This document shows, piece after piece, positions 12,321 through 23,574 of a DNA stretch of 64,000 nt (position 1 is the first letter of the stretch; every line of letters starts with the position of its first letter). The stretch comes from an uncultured virus (IMG/VR IMGVR_UViG_3300008448_000053). Lineage: Duplodnaviria > Heunggongvirae > Uroviricota > Caudoviricetes. The stretch spans positions 1 to 64,000 of the IMG/VR virus record IMGVR_UViG_3300008448_000053, one strand, 5' to 3'. The position numbers were made by a program, and so were the translations under genes. The notes under the pieces were generated by a model. It had not been told where the DNA came from. It did not search any database and worked only from the letters and a program-made list of their open reading frames with translations.

Positions 12321-13244
12321 ATGAGAAAAACTAAATACGAAATATTAAGGACAAATACGGGGTTAACATATAACCTACCTATATATTTAGATTCATCGGT
12401 TGATGAAATGGGTATCATGGTCGGTTTTGATGGTAAAATAAGTCAAATAGAAGAATTTTGTAATTTTAGTTACACACAAAATGTTAATGTAATTGATGTA
12501 TATAATACCGTATTCATTGAAAAATTTAGATATATAAAAGAAGCCACTTTCACTATAAATTGGGGAGATGGTACGTCTTCTCCATTACCTATACATACAG
12601 GTAATTTACTGTCTACCGTTTCAAAAACTTACCCAATACCATCTATTGGATATAGTTCATACACCATAACGATAAGTTTAGATAGTCCATGGACAAAACA
12701 AAACTTAAGTAAAATAGTTAAAATACCTCAAGACATATCAAAACCAAATCCACTTGGTACTTTTAGTGGATTTACTATACCTTATACCGTTTTAACGGGT
12801 GATCAAGATTATCTAAATGATTTAGATTACACAAATAACACTGGACAAACAACATTTAAGTATGTTGCTATAGGTGGAAGTAGAATAGATGAAAAAAGGT
12901 TATATGGGTCAAATTCATATACTGGGGTAACGGGCGGGGTCGATGAAATCGGTAGTTATAGTGCATATACTATTGACAATTTAGTTTATAAAGATTATTC
13001 TGATGGTTATACGATGATAACGGGTACGACCGTTGGATTCACAAAAGAAGAAGTTTTCGATAATCTAATAACAAGGAATGAACATTTTCTTGGGTTTATT
13101 GATGAACCGACGATCTATTCCGATATTTTTGTTGAAAGAGGTAAACTTAGTGTTATGGAATATAATCTAAGATTAACTGAAGTAGACAATACCGGTGAAT
13201 TAAGAATTTATGGAAATGGATTTTTTAATGTAATAAAACAATAA
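12321..13244 (+). CDS. Hypothetical structural protein with PKD-like motif
   Basis: FTINWGDG motif; operon context. Confidence 0.55.
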   Translation: MRKTKYEILRTNTGLTYNLPIYLDSSVDEMGIMVGFDGKISQIEEFCNFSYTQNVNVIDVYNTVFIEKFRYIKEATFTINWGDGTSSPLPIHTGNLLSTVSKTYPIPSIGYSSYTITISLDSPWTKQNLSKIVKIPQDISKPNPLGTFSGFTIPYTVLTGDQDYLNDLDYTNNTGQTTFKYVAIGGSRIDEKRLYGSNSYTGVTGGVDEIGSYSAYTIDNLVYKDYSDGYTMITGTTVGFTKEEVFDNLITRNEHFLGFIDEPTIYSDIFVERGKLSVMEYNLRLTEVDNTGELRIYGNGFFNVIKQ

Positions 13245-13270
13245 AAAATATATTTATTAAATAAAAATAC

Positions 13271-14191
13271 ATGGCAGTAGGATCATACGGTATAGTTAGA
13301 CCATCGGATATATCACCACAAGATGTTGATATATATTATCATTATGTTGCAAATCGATTGACAACATCTGAGGTTACATTAAAAAAATTAGCCTCTCAGG
13401 ACATTTTAACACCGGTTTTTCATAATAATGAAACAACCGATGACAATAATGCACCAAATGTTGAAATATTAGGTGGTTTATATAATTTAAAATTATCCTC
13501 TAGTGATTTTTCCGAATTAGGTATATATACCTTACACATTAGACCCAAACAAATAAGAACAACAATAACCGATTGTGGTATTTTGGCTTCTTTACCTTCA
13601 GTTAGAGGATTAATTATTGATATAAGTAACGTTCCAACCGAAGATAGAAATAAATTCACACCACAAGGATTGGTTGGGTATAGAATAGAGTATATCAACA
13701 CAAATAACAATACTAAAATACCAAATTTTTATAGAGTCGTAACTTCATCATTTTATTGTACACCAATTGCATCAAATTTGACAAATACAACTCAAAAAGC
13801 GATAAGATATCAGTACACTGATCAAGCGACAAATTTAATGTTTCTTACTGTTACACCGTCCTCCGCACCATCCAGTAAACCAAATACGGTACCTTTTATT
13901 GGACAACCATCACAAAAAATTATTTTAACAAATACTTTTTTAAATCCAACTACAATTGAAATCGAGATGGTTGAACATGATGCAACTACATTAGCACACG
14001 CACTTTATGGTAATCAAACTAAGGCGGTTGCACCGGGTATCTATACGATTTACGATAATAATAACAATATCTATAGACAATACAACTTGTATGAGATTAA
14101 AGATGATCTAAATGACACATTGTATGAGGTTAGAGAAAGAAAAACAGATATTGACCAATCATTAGATTTTGATACTATTACAAATATATAA
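13271..14191 (+). CDS. Hypothetical virion structural protein
   Basis: 306-aa ORF with TATTTAT at 13251. Confidence 0.6.
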   Translation: MAVGSYGIVRPSDISPQDVDIYYHYVANRLTTSEVTLKKLASQDILTPVFHNNETTDDNNAPNVEILGGLYNLKLSSSDFSELGIYTLHIRPKQIRTTITDCGILASLPSVRGLIIDISNVPTEDRNKFTPQGLVGYRIEYINTNNNTKIPNFYRVVTSSFYCTPIASNLTNTTQKAIRYQYTDQATNLMFLTVTPSSAPSSKPNTVPFIGQPSQKIILTNTFLNPTTIEIEMVEHDATTLAHALYGNQTKAVAPGIYTIYDNNNNIYRQYNLYEIKDDLNDTLYEVRERKTDIDQSLDFDTITNI

Positions 14192-17100
14192 TGGCAAGAA
14201 GAAAAGTACCAAGTCAGGCAGCAAGTGGAAGAGAAACCTTTAGTGATAGTTTAGTCGGTGTGCAAATTACCGATGGGTCTAGTCAATTAACTAATACCAA
14301 CTTTGCTTTAGATAGAGCAATTCCTGAAAAAGACAGTAAAAATTTTAGAACAAGTCCGTTTTCGGATTTTTTAACATTAGACACGTTAAAAGAAGAAGAA
14401 AATGAATTTTCAACTCCATTAATGTCATCGACTAAAAAAAGTGACAGAGAGTTGAGATTTAGAAATGCTAAAAATGATGCTGGTAAATCTTTATTCGGGT
14501 CGTTATCTAGAAGATTAGAAGTATCAATTAAAAATATTATTAAAAAATATCCCGCATCTTTTTTAATAGACAAAGACAGTTTAATTGTAACAAATCAATA
14601 TACGGCCTATAATATATCATACGATATTGATAGAGACACAACAATTTTTGAAGTTGAGTTACCTAGACTATTTAATACGTTTGAAATAAAATTAAGTAGA
14701 CCACAAAGTAATACCTTACCTGATGGTGATACTAATATTAGAAACTTTTATTCTTCATTTAAGAAATATGTAACAGTAATCAAAGAACAACCTTACGAAA
14801 TAGTTGACTTTGTACAACCAGACAGTAAAAGTAACTTTAAATTAAAAATAAAGGGTAATCCGTTTTCTGGCGACACGACTTATACTGAAAATATATTAGT
14901 TAGACCAAATGATGGTATTGTTGAGGAGTTTTATAAAAGTTTAGATGAAATTGAGGAACAATTAGTTAATAGAGAAACTAATCCAAAGTTTACTGCATTT
15001 TTTGTTGTGCCAAGAGAAAATTTTGATAAAACAAATACAAATTTAATACAAGTTGCATATAATTGGCCATTATCTAAAGATGGTTGGAATATAAAAATAA
15101 TTGGTTCTGATTTTGATGGGTATCTAGATAGTTTAAAAAATTTAGGAGACGAAATCGATAATTATAAATCTAATTTATTTATTAGATTTTTAACATCACC
15201 CCAATTGTATGAGTTTGATTCTGATGAAAAAAAGGCAGAAAGTGTTTTTCAATTATATGGACAAAGTTTTGATAAAATAAAGAAATATATAGACAACATC
15301 GCTTACATGAGAAATGTAAGTTATGATGGTATAAATAATTTACCCGATATTCTACTTAAGAATTTAGCGGAAAATTTAGGTTTGACCACTGTTAGTTTAT
15401 TTGATGAAGATACATTAGATAGTGCATTGTATAGTAGAAGTAGATCTAACTATTCATCACAAAGTATTGGTAAAAATTTAATTGAAGCCGAATATGAATT
15501 CTATAGAAGACTATTAGTTAATTTAGCCTATCTATATAAATCAAAAGGAACTAGATCATCGATACATTTCTTTCTAAGATTTTTGGGTGCACCTGAACCT
15601 TTAATAAGAATTGATGAATATATTTACAGAGTCACATCAATGCCAAATTCTAGTGACCTCGAAAATGATATCTATGATGTTTTACAAAGAAGTAAATTTT
15701 TAACGACAGCATTATTTTCACCAACAACATATCTTTATACAAAAAATATAGAACAAGGATTAACAACATTTAATAGAGAGGGTTATCCTGTTGATGAAAA
15801 AACCGGATTACCTAGAAGAGCATTTGATCCAATAAGTGATATATTTTTTCAGAAAGGTTCGGGATGGTATGATATGACTTTAAAACATAGAACACCCGAT
15901 ATACTTGATGAAGAAAATTCTATTTTAACAGGTAGAACAAAAACGATTAAAACAAAGGCAAAACCATATTCTTATGGTGAAGAATATTTTGACGTTTTTA
16001 GAACATTACCAGGATTAGATACTGGATATGGTTTGGATTCTGAAATAGATAACGTTAAGGCCAGTTTCTATGATGGAAATTCATCTTATGTTTTAAATAG
16101 AAAAAATATTGAAGTCTACTTATCACCAAGTAGGGCGATCGATTATGATATTTGGAGAAAATCTAGAGATTTATTATTAACATTCGGTTCAAATACATTA
16201 TATCCACAAACAGGTGTCACATTTGCGGAATTTTTAGAAAAGACATTACATTCCCAATTAAAAAATTCCCACGTTATAAGATATAAGAAAAATTACATTG
16301 CACTCGAGGATGTTTACACATCTTATTTCACTAGCACTGGTTTTACTTCTTATAATTATATTGATTCACATGAGTTTATACAACGAATGAGTCCATATTG
16401 GATGCAAATACTTGATCAAGTAATTCCCGCAACTACATTATGGACAGGAGGTAATTTAATAGATAATAACTTTTTTGGTAGACCAAAATATAAATATAAT
16501 TTAGGATGTCAACCAAAAACAATAGTTGAGAATTTATACCCAAATTTTGGTGATGCGATAAATGAAGATTTAGAAACAATATTAGGTGAAGAAGAAAATT
16601 TTAGAGGATTAATCAATATAACAGGGGTAACATATTGTCCAATAATAGAAATTGATGGATATGTGTTTTCTGGACACCCTTATTGTGTACTTGTTAGTGG
16701 GACAACAAATACAAGTAACAGTGCTAAATTATTTAATCCAATGCCAATGACTGGTTGTACAATTTTACCTGATAGCGGTACAACGGCATTGCCTTTGATA
16801 TGTGACTATAAAGAATTTGTAGATCCCGATGTCGATAAAATAAAAGAACTTTGGGTGGTTGCATTATCTGGGTTGGTTGAAAATGTTGTAAATAAATTTA
16901 CAACGGGATATACTGCGGGATATGAAAATTACGAACCTTTTCTACAACAACCTAATTCAACATACACATGGGAATATAAACCAAAGTTAACTTTTGAATT
17001 TTTCACCGATATTGACGGTAAAGAAAAAGTTAGATTCACATCAATAAAATATGATTTTAATGATTGTTCTGTTGAAGATTATTTTATATATAGATTTGAC

Positions 17101-20100
17101 ACTGAATATACACCAATAAATCCAATATGTAATAATGATTTAGATATTAATGTAAATACAACAGAGTGTCAAACAGACTATTGTCCTATTATTGATTTAG
17201 ATATTGTACTTAAAAATAATGTTGGTATACAAAAAGGTGGTTTTGGTTCTTCTACTTATTACCACTCTGATTGTATGTTTATCACAGGTAAAACTGGAAC
17301 AACAAGTACAGGAATTAAATTTGGTGAAGTTGATAATTGTAAAATATCTATATCAGGTGCTTCTCTTAGTAAAAAAATAGAATTAAATTTTTTAGATGCT
17401 GCTAATTGTGAGACAAAAATATCAATAGACGGATTTCAGAAAAAATATGAACATAATGAGTCTAAAGAATATTATCAACAATTTGTTATCAATACATATA
17501 TGAGTGGATGTTCACTACCTTGTAGTGGTGAAACATTAATTTCTTCACAAACAGCGGTCACATTTTGTGATAATTTTATTGACTGTATATTCGTACCAAG
17601 ATTAAAATATGAACCATCTTATGATTATGGATTATTGTCTGATAGTAAAGTTTTAAAAATTGTTGGACAGTTTCCAATAATTCAAATAGAAAACGGTACA
17701 ATAGATTACAACGCAATAGTACATTATATTAATTTTGGTGATATTGAAATAACAAATGTTGAGGACGTTGTTGTTGGTGATATTTTATTAACCGCAACAT
17801 ATAAACCATGTAATTTCTCATATCAAGATTTTAAACTTGCTTATCTATATGGATATGCCTTTACTTTTCAATATGATTATAATGAAGTAAAAAGTATAGA
17901 ATGTCTTGGATCTGTTAAGAAAAGTTTAATAACGGGAAGAACAGTAAATAATACAACAACAGTTATTGAAGTTTTACCAACAACAAAATTAAGAGTATAT
18001 ACAAACAAAATAGTTGATGGAGGTATTGTAACTAAAACAGATTATTTCCTTGATGAGAGAATACCTGAACATTTACAATTACCCGGAGAAACACCACCAG
18101 AACCATGTTGTCCATATCCAAAAGATTATTATGAAAATTATGGTGATTTCTTATTGAATGTCGATGGTTTTCCTATTGAGGTTATTGCGGTAGATCTTGA
18201 TTACTGTGAACCAAATATGTATTATAATTTTAATTTTGAAACTTCTGGTAGAGATGTACCTGTCGGTGAAGATTTAATAATATTTAATGGTAACGATAGT
18301 CATCAAGTATTACTACAACACAAATATCAAACACATGTTTCTAATTTAATAGAAGATTGTCCACAACAATTCTATAGTGATATTGAAGATTGCCCTACAG
18401 AATATTTTACCGAACCAACTATATGTTTTGAAATTGCTGCCGAAGCGTTTTCTAACCCTGAATTTGTAACAGTTAGTCCGGGGGTTATCGTTAATGAAAA
18501 ACCATCATATATTTTTAGTCCTAAAAACGATACGTTTGTTTATTATGTTTCTTGGTCGATAAATAATAATAGATGGGAATATAGATCATCATTAAATTCA
18601 GGTACATTGTACCAATATAATGAAAATCCAAATTTACCAATCGTTGAAGGATCATATTCTTGGAATATTATTGATTTACCATCTGCAAGTTACCAAATAA
18701 TAAATTCAATTAGTGGAAATTGTATACCACCAACACAACAATTACCGGATGATTGTAGTGATGAAATATGTAGTGACATTTGTTTAATAGGAACATACTC
18801 ATCAACAACACAATATACTTCATATATCTACGAAATATTTGGTGTGTATAACAATAGAAATTATTATAAATCTACTGATGTAAATTTCCCATATTATTTG
18901 ATATGGAACAGTGGCACAACTAGATGGGAAAATTGGGAAAACTTTGACGTAAATGTCGGAACATCAGGAACATTATATTCGTATTTAAATTATAGTGGAA
19001 ACACACCAATTAGTAGTTCACAATATCAATGGGTTTATGATTATAATCCTGAACTTGGAGCGTACATTACAACAGTAAATGATTGTCCACCACAAGTATG
19101 TTTTACATACGACCCTGGTGAAACTTTTGGTAATATGGGATCTAATGTTAATCTTAGATACCCTGCAGGATACCATGATGGTAAGTACTACTATAGTTTA
19201 GGTTACACAAATACAGGAACAGGCATGACTTATCCATTCGGTGTTGTTGTTTGGAATAGTGGTACAACAAGATGGGAAAACTATTCTAATTATGATGTTG
19301 TAAACAAAATACCCGATACTGTATATGGTGTTTTAAGTTATTTAAATGTTAACCTTGACACACCAACAAATGAACCGACAGAAAATTGGATTCGTATTGA
19401 AGATCAATTTGGTTTAGTAAATTCACAGTTAAATGATTGTTTACCTGAATTATGCTTTTATTTAACTTCCGGAAACAGTTCTAATTTTATTTTTAGTGGA
19501 CAATCTTACACATATTATGATGGTAAAATTAATTATATGTTAATTAGTCTTTCTATTCCTGGTTTTATTACATATGTTGTTTGGAATAGTGGTACAACTA
19601 TATGGGAACATAGGGAAACTTATGACCTTTTCACAAATACAGTTGGCGGTCAAATATATGGTTACTTAGGTAACAATAGTGAATATCCTGTTTCTAATGA
19701 TACATACATTTGGACTGGTAACACGAGTTCCACATTACCATTATCTGGAATCTCATCAGTAGGTGAATGTTCAATACCATCAAATCTAATATTACCTGAA
19801 TGTAGTGTTTTAATTAATGATGATTCTAATGATGTTTATTATTATGATTATTCTTCAAACACTAAAACCAATTTAGGTACATTTATATTTTCCGCAGATA
19901 TTGCTCACACATTAAATAAGATGTGGTTATATAATTCCTTTATATATGAATGGGATATAAGTACTAATCCTTGGTCGACAACATTTAATAGGATTGTATC
20001 TTTACCAAGTGGAATAAATATTGGTGCTGGATTATGTGCAATAAATGATACTAAATTATTGTCATCATCATACAATGGTATATCTGGTTTGTGGGAAATC

Positions 20101-21180
20101 ATAGAAATAGACGTAAGTAATTCTGTGGCTACGGTAAATGTAATATTTTCATTACTACCAACTGAGTCAATTGCCGGAGATATAATGTTTACTACAAATA
20201 ATAAAATTTTAATAACAATAACAAAATTAGGTGGTGTATTTTTAGTTCAATATGATTATAATACAGGTTTATTTGAAACAAGTTCAGATTTAAATACAAC
20301 TGCCACAACACCATATGGAATATTCCAAGATAATGGTTCATTATATGTTGCGAACGTGGATGGTAAAATATATAATATACCTTTAACATATCCACATACA
20401 CCAACATTAATACAAACAATTCCGTCATTAGTGGTTTACGGTGCATCACAAATACCAGAGTGTTGTACCGCTGAGTTACAATTAGCACCCACACCAACAC
20501 CTACCGCAACTCCAACCCCAACACCTTCACCAACACCAACTGAAACTAGTACGCCAACACCTACTTCTACTAGTACGCCAACACCTACTAGTACGCCAAC
20601 ACCTACTAGTACATCTACACCAACACCTACTTCTACTAGTACGCCAACACCTACTAGTACATCTACACCAACACCTACTAGTACATCTACGCCAACAGGA
20701 ACATTACCTGTATCTGGTTTAATATGGACAACAACTAAGAATACGTCAGGAGTCACGGGTTGCGAAACGGCTGAGTGGGTAGTATCACCAAATAATTTAT
20801 GTGTTAGATTTAATATTGCGGATTCATTAAACTGTGGTGGTACGTGTGATATAACACAAAATGGTACCGCAACTGCAACAATAACAGTAGGTCCGGTTGA
20901 TACTTATTTACACTTAAGTTTTAGTGGTTTAGCCGAATTACAAGATACGGGTTATGAAAACATAGCTTTCTATCTTGATGGAACATTGTTAGCATCTGCA
21001 ACATCACAAGACTTGAATCAAGGATGTACAATGGGTCCTGTTATTCAGAATATCATTGTACCTGGACCATATTTCTTATCGGCAGGAACAACACACACAT
21101 TGTTTATTGATTTTACAACTGATGATCCGTTGTTCCACCTCGGTTCATATTATGAAATATGTTTAAACTTTACAACATAA
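14191..21180 (+). CDS. Giant multidomain baseplate protein (2329 aa): P2 gpI/T4 gp7-like wedge region, Hint-like domain, four Trp-motif repeats, propeller-like region and Pro-Thr linker
   Basis: LLVNLAYLYKSKGT..IHFFLRFLG wedge motif; WNSGTTRWE repeats; (PTPTST)n at 20488-20697. Confidence 0.65.
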   Translation: MARRKVPSQAASGRETFSDSLVGVQITDGSSQLTNTNFALDRAIPEKDSKNFRTSPFSDFLTLDTLKEEENEFSTPLMSSTKKSDRELRFRNAKNDAGKSLFGSLSRRLEVSIKNIIKKYPASFLIDKDSLIVTNQYTAYNISYDIDRDTTIFEVELPRLFNTFEIKLSRPQSNTLPDGDTNIRNFYSSFKKYVTVIKEQPYEIVDFVQPDSKSNFKLKIKGNPFSGDTTYTENILVRPNDGIVEEFYKSLDEIEEQLVNRETNPKFTAFFVVPRENFDKTNTNLIQVAYNWPLSKDGWNIKIIGSDFDGYLDSLKNLGDEIDNYKSNLFIRFLTSPQLYEFDSDEKKAESVFQLYGQSFDKIKKYIDNIAYMRNVSYDGINNLPDILLKNLAENLGLTTVSLFDEDTLDSALYSRSRSNYSSQSIGKNLIEAEYEFYRRLLVNLAYLYKSKGTRSSIHFFLRFLGAPEPLIRIDEYIYRVTSMPNSSDLENDIYDVLQRSKFLTTALFSPTTYLYTKNIEQGLTTFNREGYPVDEKTGLPRRAFDPISDIFFQKGSGWYDMTLKHRTPDILDEENSILTGRTKTIKTKAKPYSYGEEYFDVFRTLPGLDTGYGLDSEIDNVKASFYDGNSSYVLNRKNIEVYLSPSRAIDYDIWRKSRDLLLTFGSNTLYPQTGVTFAEFLEKTLHSQLKNSHVIRYKKNYIALEDVYTSYFTSTGFTSYNYIDSHEFIQRMSPYWMQILDQVIPATTLWTGGNLIDNNFFGRPKYKYNLGCQPKTIVENLYPNFGDAINEDLETILGEEENFRGLINITGVTYCPIIEIDGYVFSGHPYCVLVSGTTNTSNSAKLFNPMPMTGCTILPDSGTTALPLICDYKEFVDPDVDKIKELWVVALSGLVENVVNKFTTGYTAGYENYEPFLQQPNSTYTWEYKPKLTFEFFTDIDGKEKVRFTSIKYDFNDCSVEDYFIYRFDTEYTPINPICNNDLDINVNTTECQTDYCPIIDLDIVLKNNVGIQKGGFGSSTYYHSDCMFITGKTGTTSTGIKFGEVDNCKISISGASLSKKIELNFLDAANCETKISIDGFQKKYEHNESKEYYQQFVINTYMSGCSLPCSGETLISSQTAVTFCDNFIDCIFVPRLKYEPSYDYGLLSDSKVLKIVGQFPIIQIENGTIDYNAIVHYINFGDIEITNVEDVVVGDILLTATYKPCNFSYQDFKLAYLYGYAFTFQYDYNEVKSIECLGSVKKSLITGRTVNNTTTVIEVLPTTKLRVYTNKIVDGGIVTKTDYFLDERIPEHLQLPGETPPEPCCPYPKDYYENYGDFLLNVDGFPIEVIAVDLDYCEPNMYYNFNFETSGRDVPVGEDLIIFNGNDSHQVLLQHKYQTHVSNLIEDCPQQFYSDIEDCPTEYFTEPTICFEIAAEAFSNPEFVTVSPGVIVNEKPSYIFSPKNDTFVYYVSWSINNNRWEYRSSLNSGTLYQYNENPNLPIVEGSYSWNIIDLPSASYQIINSISGNCIPPTQQLPDDCSDEICSDICLIGTYSSTTQYTSYIYEIFGVYNNRNYYKSTDVNFPYYLIWNSGTTRWENWENFDVNVGTSGTLYSYLNYSGNTPISSSQYQWVYDYNPELGAYITTVNDCPPQVCFTYDPGETFGNMGSNVNLRYPAGYHDGKYYYSLGYTNTGTGMTYPFGVVVWNSGTTRWENYSNYDVVNKIPDTVYGVLSYLNVNLDTPTNEPTENWIRIEDQFGLVNSQLNDCLPELCFYLTSGNSSNFIFSGQSYTYYDGKINYMLISLSIPGFITYVVWNSGTTIWEHRETYDLFTNTVGGQIYGYLGNNSEYPVSNDTYIWTGNTSSTLPLSGISSVGECSIPSNLILPECSVLINDDSNDVYYYDYSSNTKTNLGTFIFSADIAHTLNKMWLYNSFIYEWDISTNPWSTTFNRIVSLPSGINIGAGLCAINDTKLLSSSYNGISGLWEIIEIDVSNSVATVNVIFSLLPTESIAGDIMFTTNNKILITITKLGGVFLVQYDYNTGLFETSSDLNTTATTPYGIFQDNGSLYVANVDGKIYNIPLTYPHTPTLIQTIPSLVVYGASQIPECCTAELQLAPTPTPTATPTPTPSPTPTETSTPTPTSTSTPTPTSTPTPTSTSTPTPTSTSTPTPTSTSTPTPTSTSTPTGTLPVSGLIWTTTKNTSGVTGCETAEWVVSPNNLCVRFNIADSLNCGGTCDITQNGTATATITVGPVDTYLHLSFSGLAELQDTGYENIAFYLDGTLLASATSQDLNQGCTMGPVIQNIIVPGPYFLSAGTTHTLFIDFTTDDPLFHLGSYYEICLNFTT
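20488..20697 (+). repeat. Pro-Thr-Ser coding tandem repeat
   Basis: Units such as CCAACACCTACTAGTAC. Similar tracts at ~23090-23269, ~23785-23875 and ~27818-27946. Confidence 0.9.
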
Positions 21181-21205
21181 ATTAAAAAAAATATATTTAG
21201 GTATA

Positions 21206-23545
21206 ATGAAATATAATGTTACATTAACAAGTGAAAATTATAATGGCCAAGTTGCGGAGATAACATTTAATCCAGATACCGGCGGAACATTTAATTTAGG
21301 TTCACATGTTATACCTTATCAATATGAGTCAACGTATCCCTATGGTACATATTTTTTATATTTTTCTGGTTTTGGTATAACATGTTCGTCAACTTTAATA
21401 GATACGTCACCCGAACTTGCTTGGAGAATTTTAGATTTCACATGTGAACAAAGTGCAAACTTTTTAATCACTAATTCACTATCTGGTATATCATCACCAT
21501 CTTATGTTTGGTATGACGATGATACAAATAGAGTTTGGGTTGCAGACGCGGATGACAATCTTAGGGGTAATATATATTGGTTTACACCAACCACAGCATC
21601 TACATCCGTATCAAATGTAACATTTATCACTGGTGCAACTGGTGATGTAAGTTGGTTGAGAGCACCTGCATTGTATATTAGCACTTTTGATAAAACATAC
21701 AAGAGAATATATTTTACAGGTACAAATCAAACGCCACTTAATACGTTACCAACTGATACTATTATAACAGGAATGATCATTTATGACACAACCGGAAACA
21801 CCATAACACAAATATCATACGGTAGTGATAATATATTCGAAAGAAATTTTCTTTACGTTTCAGAAAATTTTATATATGGTGACATTAGAGGCGGTTCACT
21901 TTCAGGAATAACACCAACAGGTGATTTAATAAGAATAAATAGAGAAAATCCTTCTTTACCAAAAACAATAATACCAAGAAATACTCAACTAAACACTTAT
22001 TTTGTTGGAGGGGCACCAACTGCACGTGAAATTGGTACAGGGATCTCTCAAACATATTTATGGGTAACGTCAACTTCGGGTTCAGGTACAGTTGGTAATA
22101 TCGGTGTTTTTGATGATAATTTCAATTTTATAACCTATATAACATTACCAGGATCATCTACCTCAGTTCCCGGTGGATCTGGTAGATATTGGCAATATCT
22201 ATTTTATGACATAGAAAAAAACAAAGTTTATGTAAGTGATATTGGTGGAAGAAGAATGTGGGTTTTAAATCCAAATTCAACAAATACGGGAGCAACAATT
22301 GTAACAACAATTATTTTTAATAAAAGATTACAAGGTAAAGATGTTGGTGTTTATACTTTTAATTTAGATCCCGTTAGCGGTAAGTTATACATAGCAACTC
22401 AATTAATTAATAATGTGAATGGAGATGCAACTGTAATATATCAAACTTATGAAATTGATAGAGACACATATGAAATAAAAAGATTGATACCTAATTATTA
22501 TCTATCCGGTATTGAACAAGTTACAAATGAATACGGGACAAATAGTTTAATGTCAGTAAGTCCTGGTCCCACAGTAGGTTGGGGAGGAGTAATAGTAGAC
22601 AGAAGTGAAGGTAGTGTTGTTTTTTACAATAACGCGGTTACCGGATTGGAAAACACGGGTGATGTAATAGTTGACACACTTGAAAAATATGACATAAACA
22701 CAAATACCCCAACAGGTGAAATTAAAAATAATACAGTTGGTGATCCCGACTATGTTGCACCATTTTTTAGTGTGGACCCAACTTCAGGTTGCCCAATAAC
22801 ATATACATTAAATTGTCCTTTTACAATACAAAGTGATATAAATTCAACAGAGTTTGGTTATGAAGTTGGTATTGAAAATTCTGTAAAAAATAATCCATCA
22901 ATAACACAAATAATTGTATGTGCATTAAATTCATCAGGAACAATTATCGATCAAGATGTATATAGTTCACCTTTTAATACGAATTATTTCCATGACACTT
23001 TTTCGGGATTACCATCCGACACTTACACTATAGGTGTAATATATTCGGGATCATCTGGTATATTACAACAGTGTGGATCATTTATAATACCAACACCAAC
23101 ACCTACATCGACTAGTACTCCAACTCCTACTGCAACACCAACACCTACATCGACTAGTACTCCAACTCCTACTGCAACACCAACACCTACATCAACTAGT
23201 ACACCAACTCCTACTAGTACACCAACACCAACTAGTACCTCAACTCCTACGGTTAGTAGTACACCACCAAGTTCATATGTGTTCGCCGGAAATGTGAGTA
23301 CTTATTCCACATCGGGATTGGCTTGTGCTGCGGGATCAACATGTGCAAGAGCTTTTTATAGAGACATACCTGTATTTAGTGCTGGTATGATAATGTATGA
23401 TGACCCGGGATTAACCGCTCCGTCTGATGGTGGTGGAAATTGGATAGTTATTGTTAATTCGACAACTTTTTGTTCTGGAACATCACGATTAGCAATACAA
23501 GTTGATAGTGGTGGTGTGATATTAAATACTTTTAGTTGTCCATAA
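21206..23545 (+). CDS. Putative virion/receptor-binding protein with beta-propeller-like repeats and PT linker
   Basis: WYDDDTNRVWVAD and FYDIEKNKVYVSD blades; 42-nt tandem unit coding PTPTSTSTPTPTAT; N-terminal module shared with the next gene. Confidence 0.55.
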   Translation: MKYNVTLTSENYNGQVAEITFNPDTGGTFNLGSHVIPYQYESTYPYGTYFLYFSGFGITCSSTLIDTSPELAWRILDFTCEQSANFLITNSLSGISSPSYVWYDDDTNRVWVADADDNLRGNIYWFTPTTASTSVSNVTFITGATGDVSWLRAPALYISTFDKTYKRIYFTGTNQTPLNTLPTDTIITGMIIYDTTGNTITQISYGSDNIFERNFLYVSENFIYGDIRGGSLSGITPTGDLIRINRENPSLPKTIIPRNTQLNTYFVGGAPTAREIGTGISQTYLWVTSTSGSGTVGNIGVFDDNFNFITYITLPGSSTSVPGGSGRYWQYLFYDIEKNKVYVSDIGGRRMWVLNPNSTNTGATIVTTIIFNKRLQGKDVGVYTFNLDPVSGKLYIATQLINNVNGDATVIYQTYEIDRDTYEIKRLIPNYYLSGIEQVTNEYGTNSLMSVSPGPTVGWGGVIVDRSEGSVVFYNNAVTGLENTGDVIVDTLEKYDINTNTPTGEIKNNTVGDPDYVAPFFSVDPTSGCPITYTLNCPFTIQSDINSTEFGYEVGIENSVKNNPSITQIIVCALNSSGTIIDQDVYSSPFNTNYFHDTFSGLPSDTYTIGVIYSGSSGILQQCGSFIIPTPTPTSTSTPTPTATPTPTSTSTPTPTATPTPTSTSTPTPTSTPTPTSTSTPTVSSTPPSSYVFAGNVSTYSTSGLACAAGSTCARAFYRDIPVFSAGMIMYDDPGLTAPSDGGGNWIVIVNSTTFCSGTSRLAIQVDSGGVILNTFSCP

Positions 23546-23574
23546 AAAAAATAATTTTAGGTATTTAATAAAAG

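Noticed and set aside
12318..12323. In-frame TAG-ATG junction suggesting stop-codon reassignment
   Set aside because: Long genes are intact in the standard code, an equivalent TAA-ATG junction occurs at 9754-9759, and read-through at other TAG stops (e.g. 41121) gives no sensible protein.
20436..20756. Minus-strand Val-Gly repeat ORFs (also 27742..28146)
   Set aside because: They are antisense shadows of the Pro-Thr repeats.
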